From positions 558,001 to 622,000 of the forward strand of contig NW_026250411.1 in the NCBI RefSeq assembly GCF_024521635.1: DNA of 64,000 bases, read 5' to 3'. This stretch comes from Tricharina praecox. Taxonomy: Eukaryota. Positions 47,382-60,200 of the stretch are shown in pieces. Both the position numbers and the translations under genes were made by a program. The notes beneath the pieces were generated by a model. It was not told the DNA's origin. It saw only the letters and a program-made list of their open reading frames with translations, and did no database searches. How positions within the stretch are numbered: position 1 is the stretch's first letter; each line of letters opens with the position of its first letter.

Positions 47382-50300
47382 TTAAATCTCTCCCACCTCG
47401 CCGGTAGCGTTGAGGAGAGTCCTCTGCCCATTCCGCCTCAAGAGCCGTCTGTATTCCTCCGTGGTGACTTCGTTAACGCTGCCTGCAGGGTAAATCGGAT
47501 GTGGCTCTCCCATGATCCAGGCTTGTAACATGCGAATCTCAACGGCCTCACACAAGTGGTAAAGTCGAGAGGCTTTGCCTCCAATCGTAGCCGGCATTGT
47601 CGCCGGTACGAGCTTAAGGGCATGAACGCTGGGAACGTGAATCTTGAAAACCAGCCAATAGCGTCTAACCGAATCCGACAGAGCGTACTTTCCTTCAGAT
47701 TTCTCCCTGAACGCATGGATTATCTTCTTCATGTTGTAGTACTTGAGGACATCAAGCTTGTCTGGCTGCTGTGCGGGTCCGCTGGGACGAATATAGGTAT
47801 TCGTGTAGTGGGAAACGTCCACACCGCCCAGGGACTCCATGAGGATATCGCGGTGGGTTTTGTTGAGGCGGTTGTGCTTGAAACTATCATCTTTTTGCTG
47901 GTGAATTTTCCTTATGCTATCAAGGAAGAATTCTATTGAAGATCAGCCAAGCATACGCCATGAGCTGGCCACTCTTTTACTTACCCAGTCTCGGGACGAC
48001 TGGCGCCATCGCCCGGCGGTATGAGCGTTTGTAGCCATCCTCATGAACGAGATCTGTTCGAAGTTCCTTTAGAAGGGCCAGGCGATTTGGGGTGACACTC
48101 TAATGTTCGTCAGAGACAGTTTCGTTCAGATATTCTCACCCCCCCCCCCCCCCCCCCCCCCCCCCCCAGACACCTACCTCCCAACTGACTTCCAGTCCAC
48201 CGACAGGTGGCTCGGAGAGGCCTCGCACTATGCAGTATGCTCCATAAAGGTCTCCGATCGTCTTCAGTCTTCCGGCAGTATCGATGAACAATTGGATCGC
48301 GTCTACTCGGTCTTGGACGCATTCTGCTTGGAGGATCTCTACAGCGACCCAATGGATGATCTGTAGAAAGGATTAGCTGAGTCGAAGAAAAACAATAGTA
48401 GATGTCATACCACTTCAATACGTTGCAAGAACAATTCAACCCGTTGCCCTGATTCTTCCCAGGGCTTTTTGACGGACAAGGAAGTTCTTGGACTGTCTGC
48501 ATCCACTTTCGACGGCTTTGGGTCCTCCTCGCTCCTCCTCAACCAGGACCGCAAGGCCATTCGGTTGCAGACATCACGAAACATCACCAGATGCTGTCCC
48601 AAACATAATTAACCGCTACTCCTTCTTAGAGCTGTCAGGGATTGTTACCACCGCAGCGAGATAGTTGGCGAGTTGCTCAGAAGTAGCATCTATAGAAAAC
48701 TGAATGAATTTCCCCTCTGACGGGGGCGACCAGTAAGTGACCCAGGCGTCGTCAAAAGTGAGGAAGTGTCCCTCATTGCGCTGCAGGTATTCGATCAATT
48801 CGTTAAAATATTTTTGGCTCTTGGTCAGGACGTCCATCGTCGCTTCGACAACTTCGGAATCCATGTTAAGGCTTTTCGAAGTGTAAATGAATTGCTGGTA
48901 GGCCTCCAGAAGCTCTTCCTCGTCCTCGGGATCAGTAAAGTCCACATGATAGGTGATGAGCCAGTACTGGAGAAGCTCTGTAAGCCTTCATGATAATCAG
49001 TGTCTTACACTCGAAGGTTAATTTTCGATCGGATATACCATATCCTCTCCTCTCCTCTACCTTTCCCATCCCCAAAGCAAAGCTGACGCTTAAAGGCTTG
49101 AACAAACTCAACGCTCTGACCTGTCATTGTTATGGCCCAAATGACTGCGTCCATCAGATCGAAGGCTTTATATAGTCAGTGAGACTCATATTTAGGCAAT
49201 TGGAGGGAACAGACTCGGATTGAAAGCATATCGATTGCGCTCGCGTTGCGTGGTCAAGATCGGGTTGGCCAGCTCGGCTACGATGATCTTTAGAAGACCG
49301 ACTGTGACAAGAAGCTTCCCATCAATTTCTTCGACCGTCAAGTAATTGTGACCTTTTGAATCTTTCACGTGAAGGATCTCATTACAATCCGGAGGCTCGA
49401 AGGCATGAAGGTCTACTGGTTTATAGTGAAAAGTAGAGTGCGGCATCGCTAATCTCTCAAAGGGACACAACGGAACTGTGTTTTCAATTATCAGCCTCCG
49501 GGAGTGTTTCACCATTGGATTCTGGACCTACTGTAACATCTGGCACCCTGAAACCACATACTAAAAACTTGGTCAGCTCTTTTACCTCAAATTGTGGTTT
49601 GAATGTACATACTTGGTCATCCGAGGCACCGCACGCTCGTCGTCGGTATCCGAGTCGAAGGCACTGGTAGGTTCAGATGCATTTGGAGCGGCTGCTCCAA
49701 CCTTCTTTTCCGCAGCATGAAAGGTCACTTTCCAGGGTGTCTTTATCTTGTCATGGATGAAATCTGCGACTGTATTCGATCCACTGCGGACCGAGAGAGT
49801 GGTAGTGCTACCGAAAGACACGCTCGAGCGTCCAATAGAGGCCAGTTTGCGGTCTCGGAGCTCCTCACGGACGTCCTTGAGGACCCACATCGGACAAGCC
49901 GGAGCAAGGACGCAGTACCCGCTCTTTCGAATAAGATCACCAAGCTCTATGTAGATATTAGCACCAATACCAACAGAAAAGACCGTGATTAAGTACCTTT
50001 AGGATAGACAATGCCACCACTCGTCTCAGAATCCACGGGCTCCATCGGCGGCACAGACACCGCGGCCACGGTCTTGGATGGAGGCTCGAAGATTTCCGAC
50101 AGTGCAGACTGCTCCTTCTTCCTCTTGCGGGCCAACAGAGAGCGCTGTAACCTGATAGCCATCGATTCCTTCGATACCTTCATTGACTCTCCAGCCTTAA
50201 TAATATCCGGCAACCTCCCAGTATCGATGGGCCTTCGAGCTCCAGGCAGCCGGGTTCCTAAAGGTTTACATGCGGGACCAGAGGGAGTTGGAGGAGGGGG

Positions 50301-50802
50301 AGGGGGACGGGTAGGACAATGAGGCGCTCCCGGCGGATAGTCAGAACGAGTAGGACCTTGAGTACGAGAACCCGGAGGAGTATCTAGAATGGAAATCGAA
50401 GAAATTGATTTAGCAGAAGAGAGAGATGGGGAGTTCGAGAGGGGAAGTGGACAAGGAGGTGCTGGACGACTGGGCACCAAGTAGGTCGAGTCTGAGAGGT
50501 CAAATGCGACATTCTTCTTCTTCTCTAGATGCCCATTCTGTGATTGCTTGCCCTCCGGTGGTGCCTCAAGAAGGAGCTGAGGTCGAGGCTTCGGCTTGGA
50601 AATTAGATAATTGTTCACGATCCGATGGGATTCTGGATTCATGTATGTCGGCAGTTTGTAGTCCTAAATCCGTAGCCACTATATCAGTCTCTCTCTCCCA
50701 CCGCACCGGACAGACCAAAACAAATTGAAGACGGGAGCCCAGTGGAGCTGTCGTTCTTACACTTTTGTCTTTCGTCTTGGTAGGCATGGCTGTGGTAGGC
50801 AT
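47382..50802 (-). CDS. Divergent RasGEF (CDC25-homology) domain protein with Pro-rich N-terminus, many exons
   Basis: Exon 48177-48360 reads IIHWVAVEILQAECVQDRVDAIQLFIDTAGRLKTIGDLYGAYCIVRGLSEPPVGGLEVSWE. The next exon reads GYKRSYRRAMAPVVPRL. REM-like VTVGLLKIIVAELANP lies upstream. Exon 1 MPTTAMPTKTKDKS splices in frame to DYKLPTYMNPES. Confidence 0.75.
48139..48167. repeat. C29 homopolymer (G29 on the sense strand) in a RasGEF intron
   Basis: Direct reading of the sequence. Confidence 0.9.
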
Positions 50803-51616
50803 GGCTGTGATATCGGTAAGACTGTTGTTGAGCTTAACCAGATATTTTGATTGAGATTAAAGAGGTCAATGAGAGGAGAGACAACGGATAGGAGCAGAGG
50901 GAATGGAAGGAGTGGGGATGGAGAGAGCGGAAAGAGAAGAGAGTGGGGAGAGGAAGGAGCGATGAAAGCAATTGTTGGGGCAATGTCCGGGGAAGAAGGA
51001 AGAAGGGAAGGATTCCTCGATTGGTTAGTCGTAATTGTTATAACTGGTTGAATGGGATGCAAGCTATCCGATCTTGATTGCTATCTTAGATTATCAACAG
51101 AATCTCTTTCGGGGACACGGTTAAGGCCGGGACACACCGCAGCAGCAGCAGCAGCAGCGAGACAGGTGGTTGAGACCCTTGGATGGATGGTAATGTTTGA
51201 CGTCAGCGGGAGCATCGATTGTGTTTATACCGAGTTATTTGACCATATGCATGCATCGCATCTTGCAGTTCTCATTCACGTTTGTCGATGGTGAGCACCT
51301 GCCGCATTCACTCGCACCTACGGTAAGTCAGAGCGACGATACCTAACAGAAGCTGCTTACTGAACTTACCTTGACCATTAAAGCGCTCTCTGCATTGTAG
51401 TCCACCACTACAGCGATTCTGGAGTCCAACTGCCATAGTACAGTCTTCGTCGTTTATTACCCTTCATCATCTGTCACTGAGCGTGCGAGTGATGCGACAT
51501 GTTGCGGAATAACCCGAGTCCATGGAGTTTAGCTCCACCGCGCTATCATACAAGTGCAATCCCTACAGGCTCTCCAACTTTTCCCACTGGTCTCTGCCCC
51601 ACCATCCTACTACGAG

Positions 51617-53499
51617 ATGTCTACAACCAATAATGACACACCCGCCGTGGCGGCAGCTCCTGCAGCGCCTCCTTCCAGAAAGCCTCCTACGGATTCCACA
51701 GAACAGCAGTCGCAGCAGCAATCTGCGTCTCACCGCGATGGACGCAGTGGACGCGGCGGTCGAGGCCAAGGCGCCAGTCGAGGTCGCGGTGTCAATACCA
51801 ACGGCAAGAGGAACAAGAACATGGGCCGCAACGAATATAAGTAAGTGCGTCTCGCCTTCTCCTGCTCGTCTCTGTCTTAATTGACTGACTCTCTTCTCCC
51901 TACTCAGCCGGCATCAGGACGACAACGGAAGGAAACGTCCGAGGACGGATTGGAAGCCGCTCGAGGGCGTCGACGATGCCGACAGGGAGGAGCGCAAGCC
52001 AAAGCGCAAGGTCGCCGTCATGATTAGTTATTGCGGTAGTGGGTATAAGGGTATGCAGCTTAACCCTCCGTTCAAGAGTATCGAGGGCGATCTGTTCGAG
52101 GCGTTCGTGCAGGCTGGCGCTATCTCACGCGCCAACTCCGATGACCCGAAGAAGGTATTTCCTTCCCGCGCTTCAGGAATTGGCGATTGCGGAGGGGGAG
52201 GCTAACTGGGGCACCAGTCGTCGTTTGTTCGCTGCGCAAGAACCGACAAAGGCGTGCACGCCGCCGGCAATGTCGTTTCCCTCAAGCTCATCGTCGAAGA
52301 CCCCGAGATTGTCCCTAAGATCAACGCCGCCCTCCCTGAGCAGATCCGTGTGTGGGATATCATCCGCACCACGGGATCTTTCAGTTGCTACCAGCTCTGC
52401 GACAGTCGGAAATACGAGTACCTTGTACCCTCTCACGTTTTCTTACCACCACATCCCGGATCGTTCCTGGCGAAAGCTTGCCTCAAGTATGCGAAGCAGG
52501 AAGATGACCTGGAGGGCTATCTATCGCGGCAGAAGGAAGTGGAGGATTGGTGGACCACAGTCAACGACAAGGTGATTCAGCAACTGGGTGATGAGGCCAG
52601 GCCTGTTATTGAGAAAGTCATGGCGGAAGAGGAGAAACCTGTGGACAAGCAAGAGGACACTGAACCGAATGAGGCAATCGAAGGCGAGAAGGACGGCGAG
52701 AAGGACGGCGAGGACTCGCTGGCTCGCAAAGTCCGAGAAATTTACATGCAAGAAAAGCGCGCCTACCGCATATCTCCGGAGCGATTGGAGCGTGTGCGCG
52801 AAGCATTCCGCCAATTTGTGGGCACAAACAACTATTACAACTTCACGATTGACAAGACCTTCAAGGACCCGAGCGCCAAGCGACACATCAGGTCCTTCGA
52901 AGTTAACGACCCATTCGTGATCAGTAGCACAGAATGGCTGTCGATCCACGTCCATGGCCAGTCCTTCATGATGCATCAAATTCGGAAAATGGTGGGGTTG
53001 GCGATGATGGTGGTTCGTAGTGGGTGTGTCCCCTCCCGAATTACAGAGGCCTTTGGACCGAGAAAAATCGCGGTGGGAAAAGCTCCTGCTTTGGGACTAC
53101 TCCTTGAGCACCCGCTCTTCACACACTACAATGAGAAGATATCGAAAGGCTTTGACCGTGAGCCACTGGACTTTGAGAAGTACAAAGATGATATCGATGC
53201 GTTTAAGCAGAAGTTTATCTACTCCAAGATCTACGATCAGGAAGAGCGTGAGAATACGTAAGTTTTGCCCCCAAAGAAAAATGAGACGGAGGAGTTAAAG
53301 CTAACAAGCTGGAAGTTTTACTGCGTTTGTGCAGTATCTTGACTGCTACCGGAGTCCAACGTATCTCTACCTAACGTCCGCTGGATTTAAGGTCCTCGAC
53401 GAAGCGGCAGCCAAGTCGGGTGGCAAACTGCCGGCACCGAAGGAGGAGCCAGATAATGAGTCGGATGAGGAGACCATGATTGGCACGGAAGAGGGGTAG
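51617..53499 (+). CDS. PUS1: tRNA pseudouridine synthase Pus1 (TruA family), multi-exon
   Basis: KPKRKVAVMISYCGSGYKGMQ, RCARTDKGVHAAGN, CDSRKYEY, GTNNYYNFT and GQSFMMHQIRKMVG. Confidence 0.94.
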
Positions 53500-53805
53500 G
53501 CTTTGCAGATCAGGCATAGAGAAAAGGGAAAGAGGAGTTATGTTTTTCATTAGCGGAAATTTTACTCAACATATCTGGTTATATGAGAGAAATCCAGTAT
53601 ATTCCGCATACAGCCCTTTACAGACTATGGCGACCTCATATCTGCTGTTGTACGATGTTGGCTACATATCAAAGCACATTACATCACTCGCCGTTAGCTG
53701 TATTAGTTACCCGCCTTAGTAAGCCTCAAGGTAACGACTGACTCCGCTATTTATCTGGCAAACATTATGAAGCAAAGCCACGCCTACCATAGCCGTTGAA
53801 GAGAA

Positions 53806-56800
53806 ATGTCAAACCCTCAGAAGATATCTTCGGAATCCCAAGCCCTCTTAGCCGCCCAAAATGACAGCGAAAGACTGCAAGTCTTTCAAGAGGTGCGCAG
53901 TATCAAGAAGCGTCATCAGTCAGTGAGCTTCTGCTAACGCCAAATTATAGTTAAAACCACGCTGTATCGCTCTCAGCAGGTGCATCCTTACCTCTAGCCC
54001 CAACAACCGTGAGCTTACAGCTGCTCTGGCCGAGCTCTATCCAACGCTGCAGAATGCGGCACAAGAACGCCTCGACGAAAAGCTGGGAGACTACGTTTTT
54101 TTCCCGCTGTCACACGTATTCCGGCGGTACCGGGAGCTCAACGATCACTCGCTCGAGCTGGCGCTGCTGTGTCTCGAAGTGCTGATATGCACCTGCTGGC
54201 GCGTGAACATCTCGGCGGAGATGGGGAAGCAGTTGCTGATTCTCCTCACATTCGTGATTGGGGGGAATCCGAATGTGGAGGAGCAGCAGCAGGAGGAAGG
54301 GAACAGGAGTGAGGAGACGAAGCTGGCAGGTTGTAGGTGTCTACTGAATCTCTTTGGAAGCTTTGTGAGATCTGGTGGCGCGGCAGTGATTGGAGAGGCC
54401 GACTCGATTCCTGCTGTGGGGCATACGGTCACTACGCTGCTTACGACTTTCTCGGAGGCGGATATGTTGGAGCTCCAGATTGTGTCGCTACAGGCGATGG
54501 ATAAACTGCTGCTGGAGACGGTCAAGGATGAGGACATGAGGGCCAGTTTCTATCCCGGTGTTGTTTCTGGGGTCGTCAGAGCACTTGGCCTGGGAAAGAC
54601 CACGAAGCGGCCGTATCAGGTCCTGAAGGATATGGTGAAGCTGCTGGAGCGGCTCATTTCGAGGGTTCTGGACGATGTACGGGTCTTCAACCTTCCCGAC
54701 GCCGAAGCAAGTGACACGGAGTCGGTGGGGATTCGTCGGACGAAATCATGGTTAAAGGCTACCGCTGCGAATACCAAGGTTTCGCTGGAACAGGTGTTGA
54801 AGCTACGGACACATCCCAAGATCGAGGTTCGTACCGCTGTTCTGCAACTATCCTTACAACTCCTAGAGTTGTGTTCATCGTCTCTCGATGAAGCGACGAT
54901 GATACTGGTGGAGACCTTGGTCGTTATCGCTGGCAACGAAGACGAGTCACTGGCTAGTCTGGCGGGAAACTCGATCCGTGTGATGGCATCGATGGAGGGC
55001 AAGGTGAAAGATGCTGTTAGAGAATGTCTGGATGCATGGATCGCTGGCCTACCGCGGGTGATGACTGGAAACAACGAAGATGCGAAGCAGCGTGTCATCA
55101 CGAGATTATCCGTTGCGTTTGGGTTGTGCATGGAGTTAAATATGGAGTCGGACATTCTAAGGGACATGCTCGCCGATGGCATCAAGGAGAGTTTGCTTGC
55201 TGCCAAAGCACCAGAGAACGCCGGGACGACACTGGTACGAGCAACCCCGGTTCGGCCCAAGCTTGAAATGCTGTTGGCGGATCATACAACTTCGGGAGGG
55301 AGGATCGCAAAGTTCCAAGATGTGATTGTGGGCCAGCGGAGTCAAATGGGGACCATGGAGAGCATGAAGCGGCTCTTGGGAGCCCTCAGGCTATCATCTG
55401 AAGAGAACGGAATGGCACTCGCACAGCGTCACCTCCGAGACGCAGGAGCACGAGGCCTTTCGGTAAATGAGCGGGCAGTATCTTTCTGGATAGCCATTAA
55501 CCTCCTCCGCGGATCCGTTAGCGCCGGGAATGAAGTCGATATGTATCTCGACTTTGGCCTCCTGGAGCCATCCATCCTACAACGTCACGTCACCGATGAG
55601 CTCCTCGCGCTCGCCTTGGAGAATCTAATCACCACCAACCAAGATGAAGCCGAGAGCGTCGAAAATGCACCTCTCCACTGTCTCGCGCTCGAAGCCCTCT
55701 CCCTAGTCGCAGAAACGCAGAAACGTGAATTCCGCGGCGAGCTTGTGGATGCACTATACCCGGTCGTTCACAATCTCGGCTCCTCGTCCGCTGAAGTGCA
55801 GAACCATTCTATCGTCGCTCTCAACAACATCGCTGCCAGCTGCGAGTACTCCAGCGCTAAGGAACTTCTCCTCGACAACGTCGACTACATGGTCAACGCC
55901 GTCTCACTAAAACTCAACATCTTCGACCTGTCGCCGCAGGCGCCAATAGTCCTCAACATGATGCTCAAGCTTGTCGGCCCCAAATTAGTCCCCCACCTGG
56001 ACGACCTCGTCGTCAGCATGTTCTCCATTCTAGATGGCTTTCATGAGTATGAGAAACTGTGCGAGGAGCTGTTTGTGGTCCTCGCCAGTATCGTAAAGGA
56101 AAGCTCCAAAGGAGACCCGGATGTGAAGCGGATCGAGTTTGATGGAGAGACTATGGGGGGGAATCGACGCAAAAAACGAAGGATCCTGAAGGACAATGAG
56201 TTCATACTGTTTTTGAAAGAGTATCGGGATGAGAATAGGCCCAGACTGGAACCACTTGATTCACTCCCAGTAGATGAAGAAGAAATGGACGGCGACGAGG
56301 CAGATGGGAAATTTCCTCGCAAGCCATGGGGCAAAGGCAAAGGCAAAGACAAAGACAACCCCCTCTCTTCCCCCGCTCCGGACGACAACGAAGGCAAAGA
56401 CGAAGACGGGCCTCCACCCCCACCGCCCGAGGAGGAATCACCCCCACCGTCCAAAACCTATGATATAGTCCAGCGCATCACACGGCTCAGCCAGCACTAC
56501 CTAACGCATGGCTCTTTCAGTCTCCGGGCCAAGGTACTGCACTTGATCAAAGACAGCACGTCTACCCTCTCGATGAACGAGCGCGAGTACCTTCCCGTAA
56601 TCAACGACATCTGGCCGATGGTGTATGCGCGTCTGCACGATCCCGAGCCGGGTGTAGTCATCCAAGCGTGCCAGGCGATTTCGGGGATCGCAGAGACTTC
56701 CGGAGACTTCTTGGCTTCGCGGGTGAGGGATGGATTGCCGGGAATTTTCAAGGTTTATAATCACGCGTGGGCGAATCTGGTCAAAGAGCGACGGGGTGGC

Positions 56801-57079
56801 TCGGGTGGGATGGGAGTGTATGGCACGGGGTATAAGCTGTGGGATGCGGTGGTTAAGATGTTGACTGCTCTTGTGGAGCATGTGGGTGTGAGCGATGAGG
56901 TGCTGGATAAGGTGTGCGATATGTGCGGGGCGGAGGTGTTGCGTGAGAGGGAAGATCTGAGGAGTGCGTTGGAAGAGGCGGCGCCGGACACGGTTTGGTT
57001 GGTGTTAGAAAGTTCAAAGATGGAGGAGAGGAAGTGGGAGGAACGGATGCCGGTGGGGTTTGTAGTACCGGTATTTTAA
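53806..57079 (+). CDS. TTI1: TEL2-interacting protein 1 (TTT complex HEAT-repeat subunit), 1 intron
   Basis: VFQE|LKPRCIALS, LDEKLGDYVFFPLSHVF, ASFYPGVVSG, RTKSWL, ELVDALYP, NVDYMVN, LPVINDIWP and SGDFLASR. Confidence 0.88.
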
Positions 57080-57243
57080 TTCACTTTACTCTGTGGCTAC
57101 ATTGATAACTGGTCGTATTACGTGTGGGAAAATACATATGAACAGTACAAAGGGATTATGTGCTAAGGCTACAACTCCGCCCTATGTACAGTTATGAGCA
57201 GCCAGAACGGCAATGAAATGATGAATACAAGGTCTCCCTCCAT

Positions 57244-60200
57244 TTAAAGACCACCCAAAGCCCTGTAGAATCCCTCCCTCGCCCAGCATCCTGAATCCTC
57301 AGTTAATACATTACCCCTGATTTCGATCGCCTCACGCTGGCAGAGCCATTGGATGACATCCAGGGACTCTTTCAGCGTCAAACCCGGACACAACATCTTC
57401 GAAATCTCGCGCGGGTGGATACCAGGCCGTCCAGTGATCATCGAGAGAACCGAGGTAACAACACGGAGCCACATGCCCTTGATAACGTTGCGGTTCATGT
57501 CGATCCAGATACGCATGGGTTCAATCGGGTTGGCAGGATTCTTCCCTTCCGGTGTCGGTGGAAGCGGGGCAACTACCGGTCGTTCGAAGTAGCTGGGTTT
57601 TAACATTATGAAAACCTTGAAGTCGACCATGTGCTTCGGCATCGAGCGAGTTTCGTAGCCGTCAACCAGTCCCATCGCATTGGCTTTGTACTCGCGTTTT
57701 TCGAGGCGCACCTGTATGAAAATTAGCTAATGCGAAATAAGAAAATAGATTGATCACATACCCGTCCATTAGCAACCAAATCAAAGATGCACGCCACCGA
57801 TCCGTCATTCAAAAATGGCGAAAGCTCCACGGCCTGTTGCTGAACAAACATGTTTTTGAGGTTGCGATCGAACTTGAGGGCCTGAGCAAACAGCTTTTCG
57901 TCCATAGGAGTACGCAGTGAGGAATGAAATTTATCCGTCAACTCGTAATTCCGACCAGGCGCAACGCGGTTGTGCTCCTTGCGGTGAGCGACGACCTTGT
58001 TACTGTTCAATTCGAAGAAAGCCTCGTCTACTGCATCCTCGGGCTGTTCGTGGATAAGCGCGAAGGCTTCGGCAGGATTGTAACTGGCAGCATCGGTGAT
58101 GACATTGGCCTTAATGATTGACTTGACGTAGTCAACCACTTCACTTGATTTGTTGATCTCGACTTCAGGACTGATAGGAACCTCGTAGGCATAGCACACA
58201 AAATGGTTGGCCCTATTGCCCATCGTAAAGGTCGGATTGTGATAGTCCGCACGCCATGTCGATGGTTTCTCCAGGCGAAGATTGTACAAGTTGTCGAAGA
58301 CTTCCCGTTTAGCCGAAAGTTCAGGAACAGCATGAGCCCTGGAAATATTAGCACCAACTCCCGGTGTAAGAGGGATAGCAACTTACTCAGGGAGCTCAAG
58401 GTTGTCTCGGAACCACTTCACATGGAGTGGCAGATCAAAACTCATGGGGTCCTTGAGATTGATTACCGGTAGCTCATCATTAGCGTAAGCCTCAAGGTAC
58501 ATCTCCTCGAATTCGGATTGAAGCTTCTTCAAGTGAGTCTTATGAACGTCGCGTACTCGTGGCCAACGGCGTTGCAGAACAACCGGTAAGTGCTGGGGTG
58601 TAGCCTTCCTCACGAGGTCCCAGTTGATCTTACGGTCAACATTGCCAAAGATGGTCCGGACAATGATCACGGCAATCAAAAGGGTGTCTTCGTCTTCCTT
58701 CGGAATCGTGTACTTATTCCTATACCTCCAGTCCTTCCTGGCATGCACTACTGTAAGTTAGCATCATTCGCTATTAATCGAATCCGCCAAACTTGCCTTC
58801 CTGTTCCTCATCAACTGTTTCAAGCGTAGTGGTTTGGTGAATAGCGGCCATTGCCTGCTGGCGACGGGAAACTGTCGGCTCCTTCTGTAATACCCTTCTT
58901 CGCCGTCTCTTTTTGCCAACCGGCGGCGGACCACCGTCATCTTCCTCTACACCAGTTAAGCTTGCGATTCTAGCTCGAGGCCTGGGCACAGCCATGTACA
59001 GGCTAGGGCGCCCAACAGTCCTCTTCACTCCACCTGTCTTGGAGACAGTATTTCTCACGATGTGCTCCATAGAAGGCGGCACCTGGGAAAAGTCCTCGCC
59101 AACCTCCACTTCAGGTCCAAAGTGATTGATCATAACGAGGCCGTCTTCCTTTGCCGGATTAAGCGACTTATCATATTTATTCAGCATTTCCCAATTTCGG
59201 ACGTCCTTAATATCTTTAAGAAGAGAAATAGAGGAAGGACGCTGAACGAAGTCTTCCCACCATATCGTCTGAGGGCCTGTATCTTCCTCAGCTTCGTCGT
59301 CCATAGGTCCCTGAAACTTGTGTCGCAGCTTGTGGATCTTGTTGCTGAGCTCTGCCTTTCTTCGACGGGCCTCTTCTTTCTGCTCCTCGGTGAACTTTCC
59401 GGTGTAATGTGAGATTATGCCGCTCTTCTTCAAGGCACGCATCTCCTGCCGCACCCGCTTCTCCTCAGCCTTCTGGGCATTCTTAACGGCACGTTCTACC
59501 GCTCTCTCTTCGCGCTGTTTCTTGATATTCTCCACAGAAGTCGGATAGATCCTGTCGAACTCGGTCTCTTCGATGGCACTCTGCGGCGCTTGTACCCAGG
59601 TATTCGTCGGATTCAACATTTTCTCCTTCACCTCTGGAGCCAAGTCAACTCCTGGTGGATACCAAAGACCTCCATCAGCAGCCTTCATCTGTCTAACAGC
59701 CTCGGCAATCATCGGGGACTCCATCGGTATTTTGATATCTACCAAGAGCTTCTTGGTTGTGAGAATTCCTCGTCCGTTTAGGAAGCTGAAGGTGAATTGG
59801 TTGATTTTGCCTTTGTATTGAAGTGACTGAACGACACCGCGAACAAGCCGACGATCGGCTATTCCTGCCTTCGGATTCCTTTGTCTATACTTCTGGTTGA
59901 AGGCGTGGCGAAGCTCGTTACCACCAGGGAAAACCCCATCGTGCTCCGCCATCAAATCCAGGACCACTTGCTGGCGACCAAGGGCTAACATTCCGCCAAT
60001 GGATCCGTAGGAGTCGTTGTCACCTTCCTCGAGACCCTCGTTTTCGACAGGAATGCCATCAATATTGAACACAATCTTCGGCTCCGGAGCAAGCGGCTCA
60101 GGCTCTTTCTCGGGCGCCGCTTCGATTTTCATTGGAGTGTTTACGGGCTCTGCCATTGGCGACGGTTCAGGGATCCTTCCTGCCCCTCCAGAAACAATCT

